56,374 nt of DNA, taken from the NCBI GenBank assembly GCA_016185845.1, contig JACPMV010000046.1:1-56374 (forward strand), written 5' to 3'. The notes beneath the pieces were generated by a model. That model was not told the DNA's origin. It searched no databases and was given only the letters and a program-made list of their open reading frames with translations. Both the position numbers and the translations under genes were made by a program. Origin of the DNA: Candidatus Woesearchaeota archaeon (GTDB taxonomy: Archaea; Nanobdellota; Nanobdellia; Woesearchaeales; GW2011-AR4). This document shows positions 17,396-26,387 of the stretch, piece after piece. Every line of letters starts with the position of its first letter. The stretch's first letter is position 1.

Positions 17396-18106
17396 TTAAC
17401 CGAAATAGCTTAGCTTTTTCTTGTCGCTTATCTCCTGTGCTTCCTGGCTTTTCTTCAGGATCGTCTTTAATTTTTCCTCAAACTTCTGTGCCTGCTCCAG
17501 CAGCGGCTTATAGTCCAGATCCATGCCCAGATATTTATCCAAAGCCTCGACTATCTTTGCTGCTGCCTTGCTGTCCGGCAGATTGGAATGTGTTTCTGCA
17601 AACAGGCAGCTTATAGGGATTTTATCAATTCTGAGCAAAACAGCGCCAGTAACTCCCATTATTATGCCTTCGTTTAATTTAGGTATTCCTATCTTGTCAA
17701 ATATTTTGGCGTTTTTTTCATTATTCGTGTAATAAAACACCCTGCTGCCCTCGCTGTCCTCTCCGGAGCCGACTCCTTCAAGCGAGATTATCTCTTTTAC
17801 ATTCAGGTCGGAGGCAATCTTCGCGATTGTATTGGACATTTCCCACTCGTAATGCGTTGCCGCAGTAATAGCATGAAGAATGACTACATTGTATTTGGAA
17901 TTGTAGAATATCCCCAACGGCTCAACAATCTTATTTTCATGTATTGCAACCATTGCGGGCATGTCATTAAATATGATCTTGCCGATCTGCTCTGTCTTCA
18001 GGTGTTCTATAAGAAACTCTGATGCGATTGTTCCCACCAATCCAAATCCCGGAAATCCCTCTACAATAGTGCAGTTCTTCGGTTTTTTCCATAGTTTAAT
18101 TTCCAT
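17396..18106 (-). CDS. PAC2-family proteasome assembly chaperone
   Basis: N-terminal VEGFPGFGLVGTIASEFLIEHL and a size of about 236 aa, typical of archaeal PAC2/COG1938 proteins. Confidence 0.7.
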   Translation of the reverse strand: MEIKLWKKPKNCTIVEGFPGFGLVGTIASEFLIEHLKTEQIGKIIFNDMPAMVAIHENKIVEPLGIFYNSKYNVVILHAITAATHYEWEMSNTIAKIASDLNVKEIISLEGVGSGEDSEGSRVFYYTNNEKNAKIFDKIGIPKLNEGIIMGVTGAVLLRIDKIPISCLFAETHSNLPDSKAAAKIVEALDKYLGMDLDYKPLLEQAQKFEEKLKTILKKSQEAQEISDKKKLSYFG

Positions 18107-18117
18107 GATTACACCTC

Positions 18118-18903
18118 TTATTTTTTTGGATAAAAAATTGTGCCGATACTTTTTCCATTTATGATATCAATCAAAACATTGCCCTTTCTGCCGTTGGCAA
18201 TTATGGCCGCTGCCCCATCTCCTGTCGCTTTTTTCGCAGCCTGTATTTTTGCTTTCATTCCACCTATCCCAAGATTGCTTGGTCTGCTTCCCATGGCTTC
18301 TATTTTTTTATTTATATTTTTGACTTCACTTATCAAAACAGCATCCTTGTACTTTGGGGGCTTGTCAAATAGTCCGTCTACATTTGTCAGGATAATCAGC
18401 AGGTCGGCTTTTATTTTGCCCGCAATCAGCGCCGACATATTGTCATTGTCGCCGAAAGAAGGCCCGATCTCACTTATAGACACAGGGTCATTTTCATTTA
18501 TTATCGGGATTATTCCCAGCTGGAACAGCCTTTCCAGACTATTGGCCAAATGCCTGTAATTTTCCTTATTGGCAAGATCATTGTAAGTTATCAGTATCTG
18601 GGCTATTTTCACTTTGTGCTTGCTGAACATCGTATGATAGTTGGCCATTAATATGCCTTGGCCTACTGCCGCGCAGACTTGCTGCCCTACTACCTCTTTT
18701 GGTCTTTCCCTGATTCCAAGCTCTTTCATTCCCGCGCCTATTGCGCCGCTTGTGACAATAACAATATCCTTATTATTTTTTATCCTTGCAATCTGGGAAA
18801 CTAATTTCCGTATAACATCCAATTCCAGCAGGCCATTTTTATCAGTCAGCGTGTTTGTCCCGATTTTTATTACAATCCTCTTTGATTTTAGGTTTCTTGG
18901 CAT
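18118..18903 (-). CDS. proB: Glutamate 5-kinase (short form without PUA domain)
   Basis: Amino-acid kinase fold motifs (IVIKIGTNTL, VTSGAIGAG, FGDNDNMSA). Adjacent to proA. Confidence 0.85.
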   Translation of the reverse strand: MPRNLKSKRIVIKIGTNTLTDKNGLLELDVIRKLVSQIARIKNNKDIVIVTSGAIGAGMKELGIRERPKEVVGQQVCAAVGQGILMANYHTMFSKHKVKIAQILITYNDLANKENYRHLANSLERLFQLGIIPIINENDPVSISEIGPSFGDNDNMSALIAGKIKADLLIILTNVDGLFDKPPKYKDAVLISEVKNINKKIEAMGSRPSNLGIGGMKAKIQAAKKATGDGAAAIIANGRKGNVLIDIINGKSIGTIFYPKK

Positions 18904-18904
18904 T

Positions 18905-20197
18905 TTAGAATATTTTCCTGATTATTTTATGCGTGAATTTATTTGCATTTTTTCCGGTATAATTTCTTACAACCTGGCCTTTTCCCACCAGCTTGTATTT
19001 GTATATTACTAAGCCTTCCAATCCAACCGGCCCTCGCGCATGGATTTTTGCAGTACTTATGCCTACTTCCGCGCCTTTTCCGTACCTGAAGCCGTCTGCA
19101 AACCTTGTAGAGGCATTCCACATGACTGAGGCAGAGTCAACAAGATCCATGAATTTTTCAGCATTTTTTTTGTTTTCTGTTATTATTGCATCAGTGTGCT
19201 TTGAGCTGTGCTTATTTACATGGCTTATCGCTTCATCCAAATCATTGACCACCTTTACAGACAAAATAAGGTCATTGTATTCTGCGTCCCAGTCTTTTTC
19301 TGATGCCTTTTTAACATCTGCTATTCTTCTCGTTGATTCGTCTCCTCTGATTTCAACCCCTGCTTTTTTGAATTTTTCAGCCATTTTCGGCAGAAATTTC
19401 TTTGCAATATCCTTGTGGACAAGCAGCGTTTCAACTGCATTGCAGACAGCAGGATACTGGCATTTTGCATCAAAGCTTATCCTTATTGCTTTGTTCAAAT
19501 CAGCGTATTTATCAACATAAATATGGCAGATGCCCTCTGAATGCCCCAAGACGGGTATTTTTGTGTTCTCTTGTACATACTTTACAAAGGCATTGCTCCC
19601 TCTTGGGATTATTAAATTGATATGCTCATGCATTTTCAGCATTTCTGCTACCTGCTCTCTTGTTTCAATCAGCTGCACAGCGCCTTTTGGAATCCCGTTC
19701 TTCTCTGCAGCTTCTGATATTATTTTAACTAGTATCTTGTTGGAATTCAATGCTTCAGAGCCGCCTTTTAAAATAGCAGCATTGCCGGATTTTAGGCACA
19801 AAGCGCTTATTTGAGTGACCGCATCAGGCCTGGATTCAAATACTGCTCCGATAACTCCGATAGGGCATGTGACTTGGTAAAGCATCAGCCCTTTGTCAAG
19901 CTCGGTTTGGGATAATGTTTTTCCTACAGGGTCTTCCAGTCTTGCAACGCTTTTTATTTCTTCAACAATTTCATGTATTTTATTGTTGTCTATTCTCAGC
20001 CTGTCTACAATTACCATATTTAGTTTTTGTTTTTCGGCTAATATTAAATCTTTTTCATTTGCCCCAATTATTTTCTTTGAATTGCTTTTTATTGAGTTTG
20101 CAATTGCATTCAGCGCTTTATTTTTTACGCCAGTCGGCAATACAGCTAGCTTGATTGATGCTTCTTTCGCAAGTTTTGACTGTTCTGTTATGCTCAT
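18905..20197 (-). CDS. proA: Gamma-glutamyl phosphate reductase
   Basis: Aldehyde dehydrogenase fold with the catalytic Cys context (AVCNAVETLLVH) and a HGSKHTD-like SSKHTDAIIT. Confidence 0.9.
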   Translation of the reverse strand: MSITEQSKLAKEASIKLAVLPTGVKNKALNAIANSIKSNSKKIIGANEKDLILAEKQKLNMVIVDRLRIDNNKIHEIVEEIKSVARLEDPVGKTLSQTELDKGLMLYQVTCPIGVIGAVFESRPDAVTQISALCLKSGNAAILKGGSEALNSNKILVKIISEAAEKNGIPKGAVQLIETREQVAEMLKMHEHINLIIPRGSNAFVKYVQENTKIPVLGHSEGICHIYVDKYADLNKAIRISFDAKCQYPAVCNAVETLLVHKDIAKKFLPKMAEKFKKAGVEIRGDESTRRIADVKKASEKDWDAEYNDLILSVKVVNDLDEAISHVNKHSSKHTDAIITENKKNAEKFMDLVDSASVMWNASTRFADGFRYGKGAEVGISTAKIHARGPVGLEGLVIYKYKLVGKGQVVRNYTGKNANKFTHKIIRKIF

Positions 20198-21012
20198 TTT
20201 CCCAGCTCTTTGCTTCTTTTTATCGCAGCATTGATTGTTTTTTCTATGATTTTGCTTGTTTTGTTTTTGTCCAATACTTTTAATCCTGCCAGTGTAACAC
20301 CTTTTTTCGACGCTACCATTTTTATCAGTTCGTCAGGGCTTAGATTTTTTTCAATCAGCAGCTTACCGGTTCCCAATGCAGTTTTGGCAGCAAGCTTATA
20401 AGCCGTTTCCTTTGGTAGCCCATTTTTCATACCAGCTTTTGCCATTGCTTCCATGAAATAGGCGAAGAAAGCCGGTCCTGATCCGCTTATTGACGAAAGA
20501 GCATCTATCAATTCTTCTTTTATAAAAAATGATATGCCTGCCGAATTCAGCAATTTTTTAACTTCATTTACATCATCCTTTGTCGCGTATTTTCCCGCTG
20601 AAAACCCTGCAGCCATCTCTCCAACCAAGCTGTTTATGTTGGGCATAACCCTTATTATTCGCTTTTTGCCTAAAACAGATTCTATATGCCTTATTTTTAT
20701 TCCTGCGGCTATGGAAACAATTAGCTGGTTTTTTATTTCTCCTTTTATTTCTTTTAGGACAACATCAATGTCCTGCGGCTTTACGCAGATAAAGACAATA
20801 TCGGAGTTTCTTACGGCTTCTTTGTTGTCCGTTGTTGTTCTGATTCTTTTAAATTTTGATTTAATATTTCTCAAGTTTTCTTCCCTGTGGTCGCTTGCTA
20901 TCACGGATTTGGCAAGATTATTCTTATAGATACAGCTAATCAGGGCTGCTGCCATCTTTCCGGTTCCGATGAAGGAGATTGGTTTGGTCATCTTTTTTAA
21001 CACTTTATTCAC
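20194..21012 (-). CDS. proC: Pyrroline-5-carboxylate reductase
   Basis: Rossmann motif ISFIGTGKMAAAL and a P5CR C-terminal dimerisation domain. The biological start is probably the ATG at 20991 (MTKPISF..). Confidence 0.85.
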   Translation of the reverse strand: MNKVLKKMTKPISFIGTGKMAAALISCIYKNNLAKSVIASDHREENLRNIKSKFKRIRTTTDNKEAVRNSDIVFICVKPQDIDVVLKEIKGEIKNQLIVSIAAGIKIRHIESVLGKKRIIRVMPNINSLVGEMAAGFSAGKYATKDDVNEVKKLLNSAGISFFIKEELIDALSSISGSGPAFFAYFMEAMAKAGMKNGLPKETAYKLAAKTALGTGKLLIEKNLSPDELIKMVASKKGVTLAGLKVLDKNKTSKIIEKTINAAIKRSKELGK

Positions 21013-21704
21013 TTATTTTTAAACTTTTCATAATCAAGGACAGCTTTCTTATGCTTTTCAAACAATTTATTGTCAATATGCCCGTAAACTCCTTGAAGAT
21101 TGTCCTTGAACTGCTCCGAGACTATTTTTTCCTTTATTTTTAAAAATCTATCATTAAAATCCGCCCTTTCCGATACTTCCCCCTTAACCCATTCGGGATC
21201 CTTAACTTGCGGCATCAGCATAAAAATATCCCTTATGTCTGTATTTCTGCAGGCTACCAACTTCATAACTACAAGCGCCTCAGGATTCACAATCCGCAGC
21301 TTTAACTCTCCTGCAATGGTTTTTCCCTTTAGTGCTCTTAAAGCAGAGTTCTTAAAAACCCATTCTGCGCTAAACATTGCTTTTGTCTGCCTGTCATAAA
21401 CATTCTTAATCAATATATCGAAGCTGACAATAAAATTTTTCTTTATTGCTTTTTCATATCTGAGGAAATCTCCGGAATATGGCCCAAAATCTGTGCCTTT
21501 TGCTATTTCATAGCCTAATTTGTCCAGCTCCTTTGCTATTTCTGCAGTTTCAGCCTTATTTTCTGTGACTATATCGCAATCCACAGAAAATCTGGGCAGA
21601 GTGTAAGCATTGACTGCATAGCCGCCTATTACTGCAAATTTTTGATTATTTATTTTTTTAAGAGCGTCAAAAATTTCCTTTTCCCTAATCTGAAGCAGTT
21701 CCAT
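21009..21704 (-). CDS. Minimal nucleotidyltransferase, AbiEii-like toxin candidate
   Basis: VIGGYAVNAYTLPRFSVDCDIV fits the GG..(A)......R.S.D.D NTase pattern of DUF1814/AbiEii. It overlaps the upstream partner gene by 20 nt. Confidence 0.5.
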   Translation of the reverse strand: MELLQIREKEIFDALKKINNQKFAVIGGYAVNAYTLPRFSVDCDIVTENKAETAEIAKELDKLGYEIAKGTDFGPYSGDFLRYEKAIKKNFIVSFDILIKNVYDRQTKAMFSAEWVFKNSALRALKGKTIAGELKLRIVNPEALVVMKLVACRNTDIRDIFMLMPQVKDPEWVKGEVSERADFNDRFLKIKEKIVSEQFKDNLQGVYGHIDNKLFEKHKKAVLDYEKFKNK

Positions 21705-22287
21705 ATTTTTTCCTCATGTAGTTGTAGGCGTATGAATACATTTCATTTGCTTTTGCTGTTTTTAATGAGTCCTTTAATGGCTCAACTTTTAACCCGCCAT
21801 TGTCATCAAATTTAATCTCATTTACCGGGATTAAAATCACATATTCCCCAATTGTCGAGCCCTCTTTTATATAATTGGGTATATTTATTTTATTGAAGAA
21901 CCTTTTCCAGTATTGTAAGTCTTTTCTCAAGACCTTTATGAAGTAAGGTGATTTCTCAATGCCCCTCTGGACATAGGAATAGTCAGACCATACCTCTATT
22001 GCCGATAAATTTGTGAATGCATAAGGTTTTGAGGCTTCTTTCATTAAGCGTGGCACTTTGAATTCCAACAATCCTTCGATTACAGTCTCCGGCTGCATGC
22101 ATTTATAAGTGCCCCTTGAGGCCTTTACTATCCAGCCTGCTCTTAATAAGGTGGAGAATATCTTTTTCCTCATGCTCTGGCCTACAATCCAGTCTAATTC
22201 AGACTGCTTAAACTGTTCTCTTGGGCCGTGCCTTGTGAAAAACAATGAGTACGCCCTCAAGCAATACTGCGGTATTTCGCTTATCAT
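21685..22287 (-). CDS. AbiEi-like winged-helix antitoxin/regulator candidate
   Basis: The N-terminal LLRAGWIVKASRGTYKC matches the L..G.l..v.RG.Y signature of AbiEi N-domains. It lies upstream of and overlaps the NTase gene. Confidence 0.45.
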   Translation of the reverse strand: MISEIPQYCLRAYSLFFTRHGPREQFKQSELDWIVGQSMRKKIFSTLLRAGWIVKASRGTYKCMQPETVIEGLLEFKVPRLMKEASKPYAFTNLSAIEVWSDYSYVQRGIEKSPYFIKVLRKDLQYWKRFFNKINIPNYIKEGSTIGEYVILIPVNEIKFDDNGGLKVEPLKDSLKTAKANEMYSYAYNYMRKKYGTASD

Positions 22288-22320
22288 AGTTACCTATTAG
22301 GTAACTATCTATTTAAATAG
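22286..22320 (-). promoter_or_regulatory. Palindromic operator candidates at the AbiEi-like gene start
   Basis: Perfect inverted repeat atagttacc-tatta-ggtaactat (22286-22308) touches the start codon. It is followed by the 12-bp palindrome ctatttaaatag (22309-22320), which contains a TATA-like core. Confidence 0.5.
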
Positions 22321-22337
22321 TTTTCGGTTTTGAGAAA

Positions 22338-22524
22338 CTAATCAAGGCTGCTGCCATCTGTCAAAAACCAACAAGATTAACTATATCTCGGAAATTCAAA
22401 AATTTCCGATGACCATCGAAAATTGCTTTGCAATTTATCGAGGAATTGTATTGGTTTTTGAGCATCATCAGAAATTATCAAGATTTCTGAGATTTCCGGT
22501 TCCTATGAAGGAGATTGGTTTCAT
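22338..22524 (-). pseudogene. Orphan duplicate of the proC 5' end, interrupted by a 134-bp insert
   Basis: 22338-22359 plus 22494-22524 align to 20936-20991 with 2 substitutions and one 3-nt indel. The fragment would encode MKPISFIGTGKMAAALI(S). Both substitutions are synonymous. Confidence 0.8.
22360..22493. mobile_element. 134-bp highly palindromic insert (MITE-like element or structured RNA)
   Basis: It splits the duplicated proC fragment exactly. Nested stems are tcaaaaaccaacaa/ttgtattggtttttga, tcggaaat/atttccga, tcgaaaattgc/gcaatttatcga and cagaaat/atttctg. Confidence 0.45.
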
Positions 22525-22567
22525 TATTTTAAAAAATAAATTTTTTAGTATTTAAGATTCATTTGTT

Positions 22568-24637
22568 TTAATGTTCCCTTATTGCGAATAATTGCGCATA
22601 TCCTTGCGCAGTCTTTTTTGGCTTAATAATCTCATTTATTTGAGTTAGCATGCTTTGCCACTGGAATACGCTTTCAGGCATTTTTTTGCCCCACATATCC
22701 CATGGTCTTACCCCATAGTCCAAGCCGCCTTGCTCAGCGCCAATAGTATCCAACTCTTCCATAACCTCATTCCATGGGCGGATTTCACGCATTAATTTTT
22801 CTATTATATACATAGATATTCCTCTTGAAGATATATGCGGCTCCTGATTTTGGCCGCTTATAGCAAATGAATGGTCTGGCACTTCATAATAATATCTTCT
22901 TCCAACATGTTTCCAATCTACGCTTGTTTCTTTTCTTTTAACCCACCCAAGATCAAATGCAGGATTCTTGTCAGTCGGGCCTACTTTGTAAAGATAAGGG
23001 TATGTTCCAATATCTGATTTTTTCAGCCCTGCTCCGGGAATCTCCCTTAAAAGATCTACAGGAACATATTTTTGACCTGTAACTCTTCCTGTAACTGGGT
23101 CTTTCCTGTATGCTATATCATTTTCATTTTCCATATGCCATAAGTTCCATATTGATGCATTATTTGCTTCAACATAATCCATTATAGTCGAAGTCCCAGT
23201 ATGAAACCTGCCGTCTCTTAAATCATCTCTGTAAGTGTCATGCATATTTGTTATATAATTTGCCATTTCCAGCGTATCCACCCAAACCTTAAATTGCGAC
23301 TCGGCGCCGCCAGGAAGTTGTCTCCACGTGCTGCTTTTGGTAGGATTGCCTTTCTCATCCCATTTGTCCATCATTACATAGCCATCTTCATCAACTTCCA
23401 AAGGATAGCCATATTTATCAAGCCCATGGTCTAACTCATCAGGCTTTTTGTACCATTTGCCTCCTCCGGGATTTGTGTAGCCGTCATATTTTCTTAACTC
23501 GTCTTTAATTTCAGCATTGAAGTATCGCTTGCCGTAAACAATCGGCTGTATAATTTTATAAGAATGGTAATAAACCATTTTTTCTGGAGAAAATACTTCT
23601 TGGGATTGTGTTCTACTCATATCCGCAATTTTATCAAATGCCTGAGACATAACTACGCCACGATTCCTGACAAAAGAACGGGCCCTTCCCTCATATCCTG
23701 TAGTCAGCTCATCTCCAAAATGTGAACCTTTGATTTTTTCGCCACCGCAATATTCAGATAGTATAATTCCAATGTAGCTTATGTATGCTCCTCGTATTGA
23801 TTTAACATGACCTATCATATTTTTTTTGATAGTTTCATCCGCTTCCAAATCAACTACTCTTGCTATAAAATCATCGCATATTTTATTTATTGTAGCTGTA
23901 TAACGTAGAGCATAATCAGCCTGCCGGCCATATCCAAATGGGCTGATTTCAACAATCCATTCACGGCTCATGCCAGGAATAGGATACCTCATTTTGCATT
24001 TTGCAGGCACAATATACTCATAAGCCTGACCTGCAATGTTTATTGATAACTTATCAAAAACAAATGGATCCTGCAGTCTCCTCATTCTTTCCTCTTCAGT
24101 TTCTTCTTCAATATCCTGCTCTATTTCCAAGTCTTTTTGTGTTATCCCCCTTTCATATAATGGGTACTCCCAGTTTGTTCTTGAAGGATCCAGGAATATT
24201 CCCGCTTTTGCATATATATCATTAAGCTCTTCTACATAACCTCTTTGGTCCTTATCCGGGTCCCATCTTTGAAAAACATCCCAGCTTTTCTCAATGGAAT
24301 TTACTGCTTCTACTCGCCTTTGCAATAATTTAATTAAGTTTTCAACCCTTGTGTCGTGTCTTTTTAAGGGATGCCTGAGCCTTTGCCATAAGCTTATTTC
24401 TTCTCTTGCAACTTTGCCTATGTCAAGCCTTACTGCCTGCAGTGCGCCAGCCGCTTCCCCTCTGTATTTAGTATATCTTAATGGTATTCCCGTTCCTTCT
24501 TGAATATTTATATCAATCCATCTGCCAAAACGGGACCTCTTGAATTTATGCTTTATTATGTTAGCCCATCTTTGTGGCCATTTACTTGCCTGCCTTGGTT
24601 GTGGTTGTTGCACACTAGGCTGCTCTTGGTCTGCCAT
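22568..24637 (-). CDS. 689-aa orphan protein, last gene of the five-gene operon
   Basis: Strong SD (gggaggag) 5 nt before the ATG. Overlaps the upstream gene by 23 nt. Trp/Tyr/Arg-rich with no recognised motif. Confidence 0.7.
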   Translation of the reverse strand: MADQEQPSVQQPQPRQASKWPQRWANIIKHKFKRSRFGRWIDINIQEGTGIPLRYTKYRGEAAGALQAVRLDIGKVAREEISLWQRLRHPLKRHDTRVENLIKLLQRRVEAVNSIEKSWDVFQRWDPDKDQRGYVEELNDIYAKAGIFLDPSRTNWEYPLYERGITQKDLEIEQDIEEETEEERMRRLQDPFVFDKLSINIAGQAYEYIVPAKCKMRYPIPGMSREWIVEISPFGYGRQADYALRYTATINKICDDFIARVVDLEADETIKKNMIGHVKSIRGAYISYIGIILSEYCGGEKIKGSHFGDELTTGYEGRARSFVRNRGVVMSQAFDKIADMSRTQSQEVFSPEKMVYYHSYKIIQPIVYGKRYFNAEIKDELRKYDGYTNPGGGKWYKKPDELDHGLDKYGYPLEVDEDGYVMMDKWDEKGNPTKSSTWRQLPGGAESQFKVWVDTLEMANYITNMHDTYRDDLRDGRFHTGTSTIMDYVEANNASIWNLWHMENENDIAYRKDPVTGRVTGQKYVPVDLLREIPGAGLKKSDIGTYPYLYKVGPTDKNPAFDLGWVKRKETSVDWKHVGRRYYYEVPDHSFAISGQNQEPHISSRGISMYIIEKLMREIRPWNEVMEELDTIGAEQGGLDYGVRPWDMWGKKMPESVFQWQSMLTQINEIIKPKKTAQGYAQLFAIREH

Positions 24638-26387
24638 AATTCTCCTCCCTCTTAATTTCTATTGATGTTTTTGTTTGTTGATTATCTAAAATAAGGAACC
24701 CAAAATTATTTTTCATGAACCTATCGAGCACTCGATATTCTTCTTCAACTGCGACCATATAATCCTTTAATTCTTCCAGTTTTCTTTGAATATTCTCATC
24801 TTTAAATATACTCTCCATTAAAGATAGATTATATTCGGCGCTTTTAGCGAAACCAGCTGCCTGTCCAAGGCCGTACATTATTGCTAAGAAATACTTTGGC
24901 GTTAAGGAAGTTGCTTCTAAGCTGGCGCCGCTGATTTTACGAACCCTATCTATAAGTGGAATAGCCATATTAATGCGGGCAAGTGCAATTTCTAATCTTG
25001 ACACAATCTGTTCCCTTATATCATGATCGATAACCCTTTCTTTTGCAGAGAAAAAATCAGTAGATACATCAGCGCATCTATCACTTAAATATTCGAACAT
25101 TGTCTTTAAATCTTCAATTCTTTTCCTCAATCTTTCTTTAACCCTTCTAGCTTCTTTCAGGATGGCAGCGGCAGTGTCGCGTTCACTTTTGACTATTGGC
25201 AATAAAGCATCTTTCAGCTCGCCAACCTCGGGTTTTTCCATTTTGCTTAATTCCGCAATTCTGCTCCTAAAAAGAATTTCCATCGCTGTAATGAATGGGT
25301 ATATGACTCTTGCCCTCATGTACTGGACAGAGCTGAATTCCGCCAGCTTTTGCGTCAAAAATTGAAGCATTTCTCTTGGATATTCTCTTTTTGCTTCGGC
25401 CTTGGAAAACAACCCTTTGTGGTAAGCGATTTTTTGCTCCAGCTCCTCTGCAAATTCGGCAGCTCCGAAATCATTCACCAATTTGTCCACTACTTTTTTT
25501 GGATTTGTGAACCCTTCCCAATTAAATGAATCTCTTTGGAAGGCGTCTATTTGCGCTTTTAAATACCCAAGGAAGGCATAAAAGTTTTCAAGATGCCTCT
25601 TGGCTCTATTTGTTCTTGAGAATTTTTCAACTGCCTCATCGTTAAAGTCCTTTATCAAGCCCAAATGATCTTTGCCTTCTCCATCAAAGAAAACTTTGGC
25701 TCTGGCTTCAAAGAATGGGATTCCCATTGTCATAGACTCTCTTGTTTTCCATGACTCAACTTCTCTTAAATCCCTTGCCAGCCACTCTATCTCCTGCCCT
25801 GTAAGCATTACTATTATATTCTCAATTCTTGCAGATGCTTTTTTATCTCTCATGCTGTCAAGAGAAGCTCTTATTTCTGCTCTGTGGGGCGGGGTTTTAA
25901 TATATCCCTCAACTTTCTCTTTTTCAGGATTTTCCATTACAAACCTGTAAAGATTCAGCAATACAATAAACTCATCTTGTGCCTTATCACTTGTAAACTC
26001 TTTTCCTGATTTTCCTAGTTGCTCTAGGACATATCCCATCAGCTCTCCCCGGTATCTTACAATCCATTGCCTCATTGCCCTTAACTTTCTTAAAAATTCA
26101 AATGGGTCACCATTGGATGCCCTGTAGTTATTCGATATCAAGAGTATCAACTGGAAATCAGGGTATCTTTCCAGTAATTTGCGATCGTCATTTAAGCCGT
26201 TTTTTAAATGATCTTGCACCCTTATTCTTTTAGAATCTACTTTATCTATGAATTCCAAGCTGCTGCCAAAAACTTGGGCCAGAATTGCGTCTGCGCGTTT
26301 CATAGTTTCTTCAATAAGTTTACTTTTTCCTTTTCTTCGCAAAATGCCTTTCAGTTTTTCAAACAATGCTGAATTAATTTTAATCAT
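24615..26387 (-). CDS. 590-aa predominantly helical orphan protein
   Basis: ATGA start/stop overlap with the upstream gene. Long charged helical segments. No NTPase or nuclease motif seen. Confidence 0.7.
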   Translation of the reverse strand: MIKINSALFEKLKGILRRKGKSKLIEETMKRADAILAQVFGSSLEFIDKVDSKRIRVQDHLKNGLNDDRKLLERYPDFQLILLISNNYRASNGDPFEFLRKLRAMRQWIVRYRGELMGYVLEQLGKSGKEFTSDKAQDEFIVLLNLYRFVMENPEKEKVEGYIKTPPHRAEIRASLDSMRDKKASARIENIIVMLTGQEIEWLARDLREVESWKTRESMTMGIPFFEARAKVFFDGEGKDHLGLIKDFNDEAVEKFSRTNRAKRHLENFYAFLGYLKAQIDAFQRDSFNWEGFTNPKKVVDKLVNDFGAAEFAEELEQKIAYHKGLFSKAEAKREYPREMLQFLTQKLAEFSSVQYMRARVIYPFITAMEILFRSRIAELSKMEKPEVGELKDALLPIVKSERDTAAAILKEARRVKERLRKRIEDLKTMFEYLSDRCADVSTDFFSAKERVIDHDIREQIVSRLEIALARINMAIPLIDRVRKISGASLEATSLTPKYFLAIMYGLGQAAGFAKSAEYNLSLMESIFKDENIQRKLEELKDYMVAVEEEYRVLDRFMKNNFGFLILDNQQTKTSIEIKREENYGRPRAA

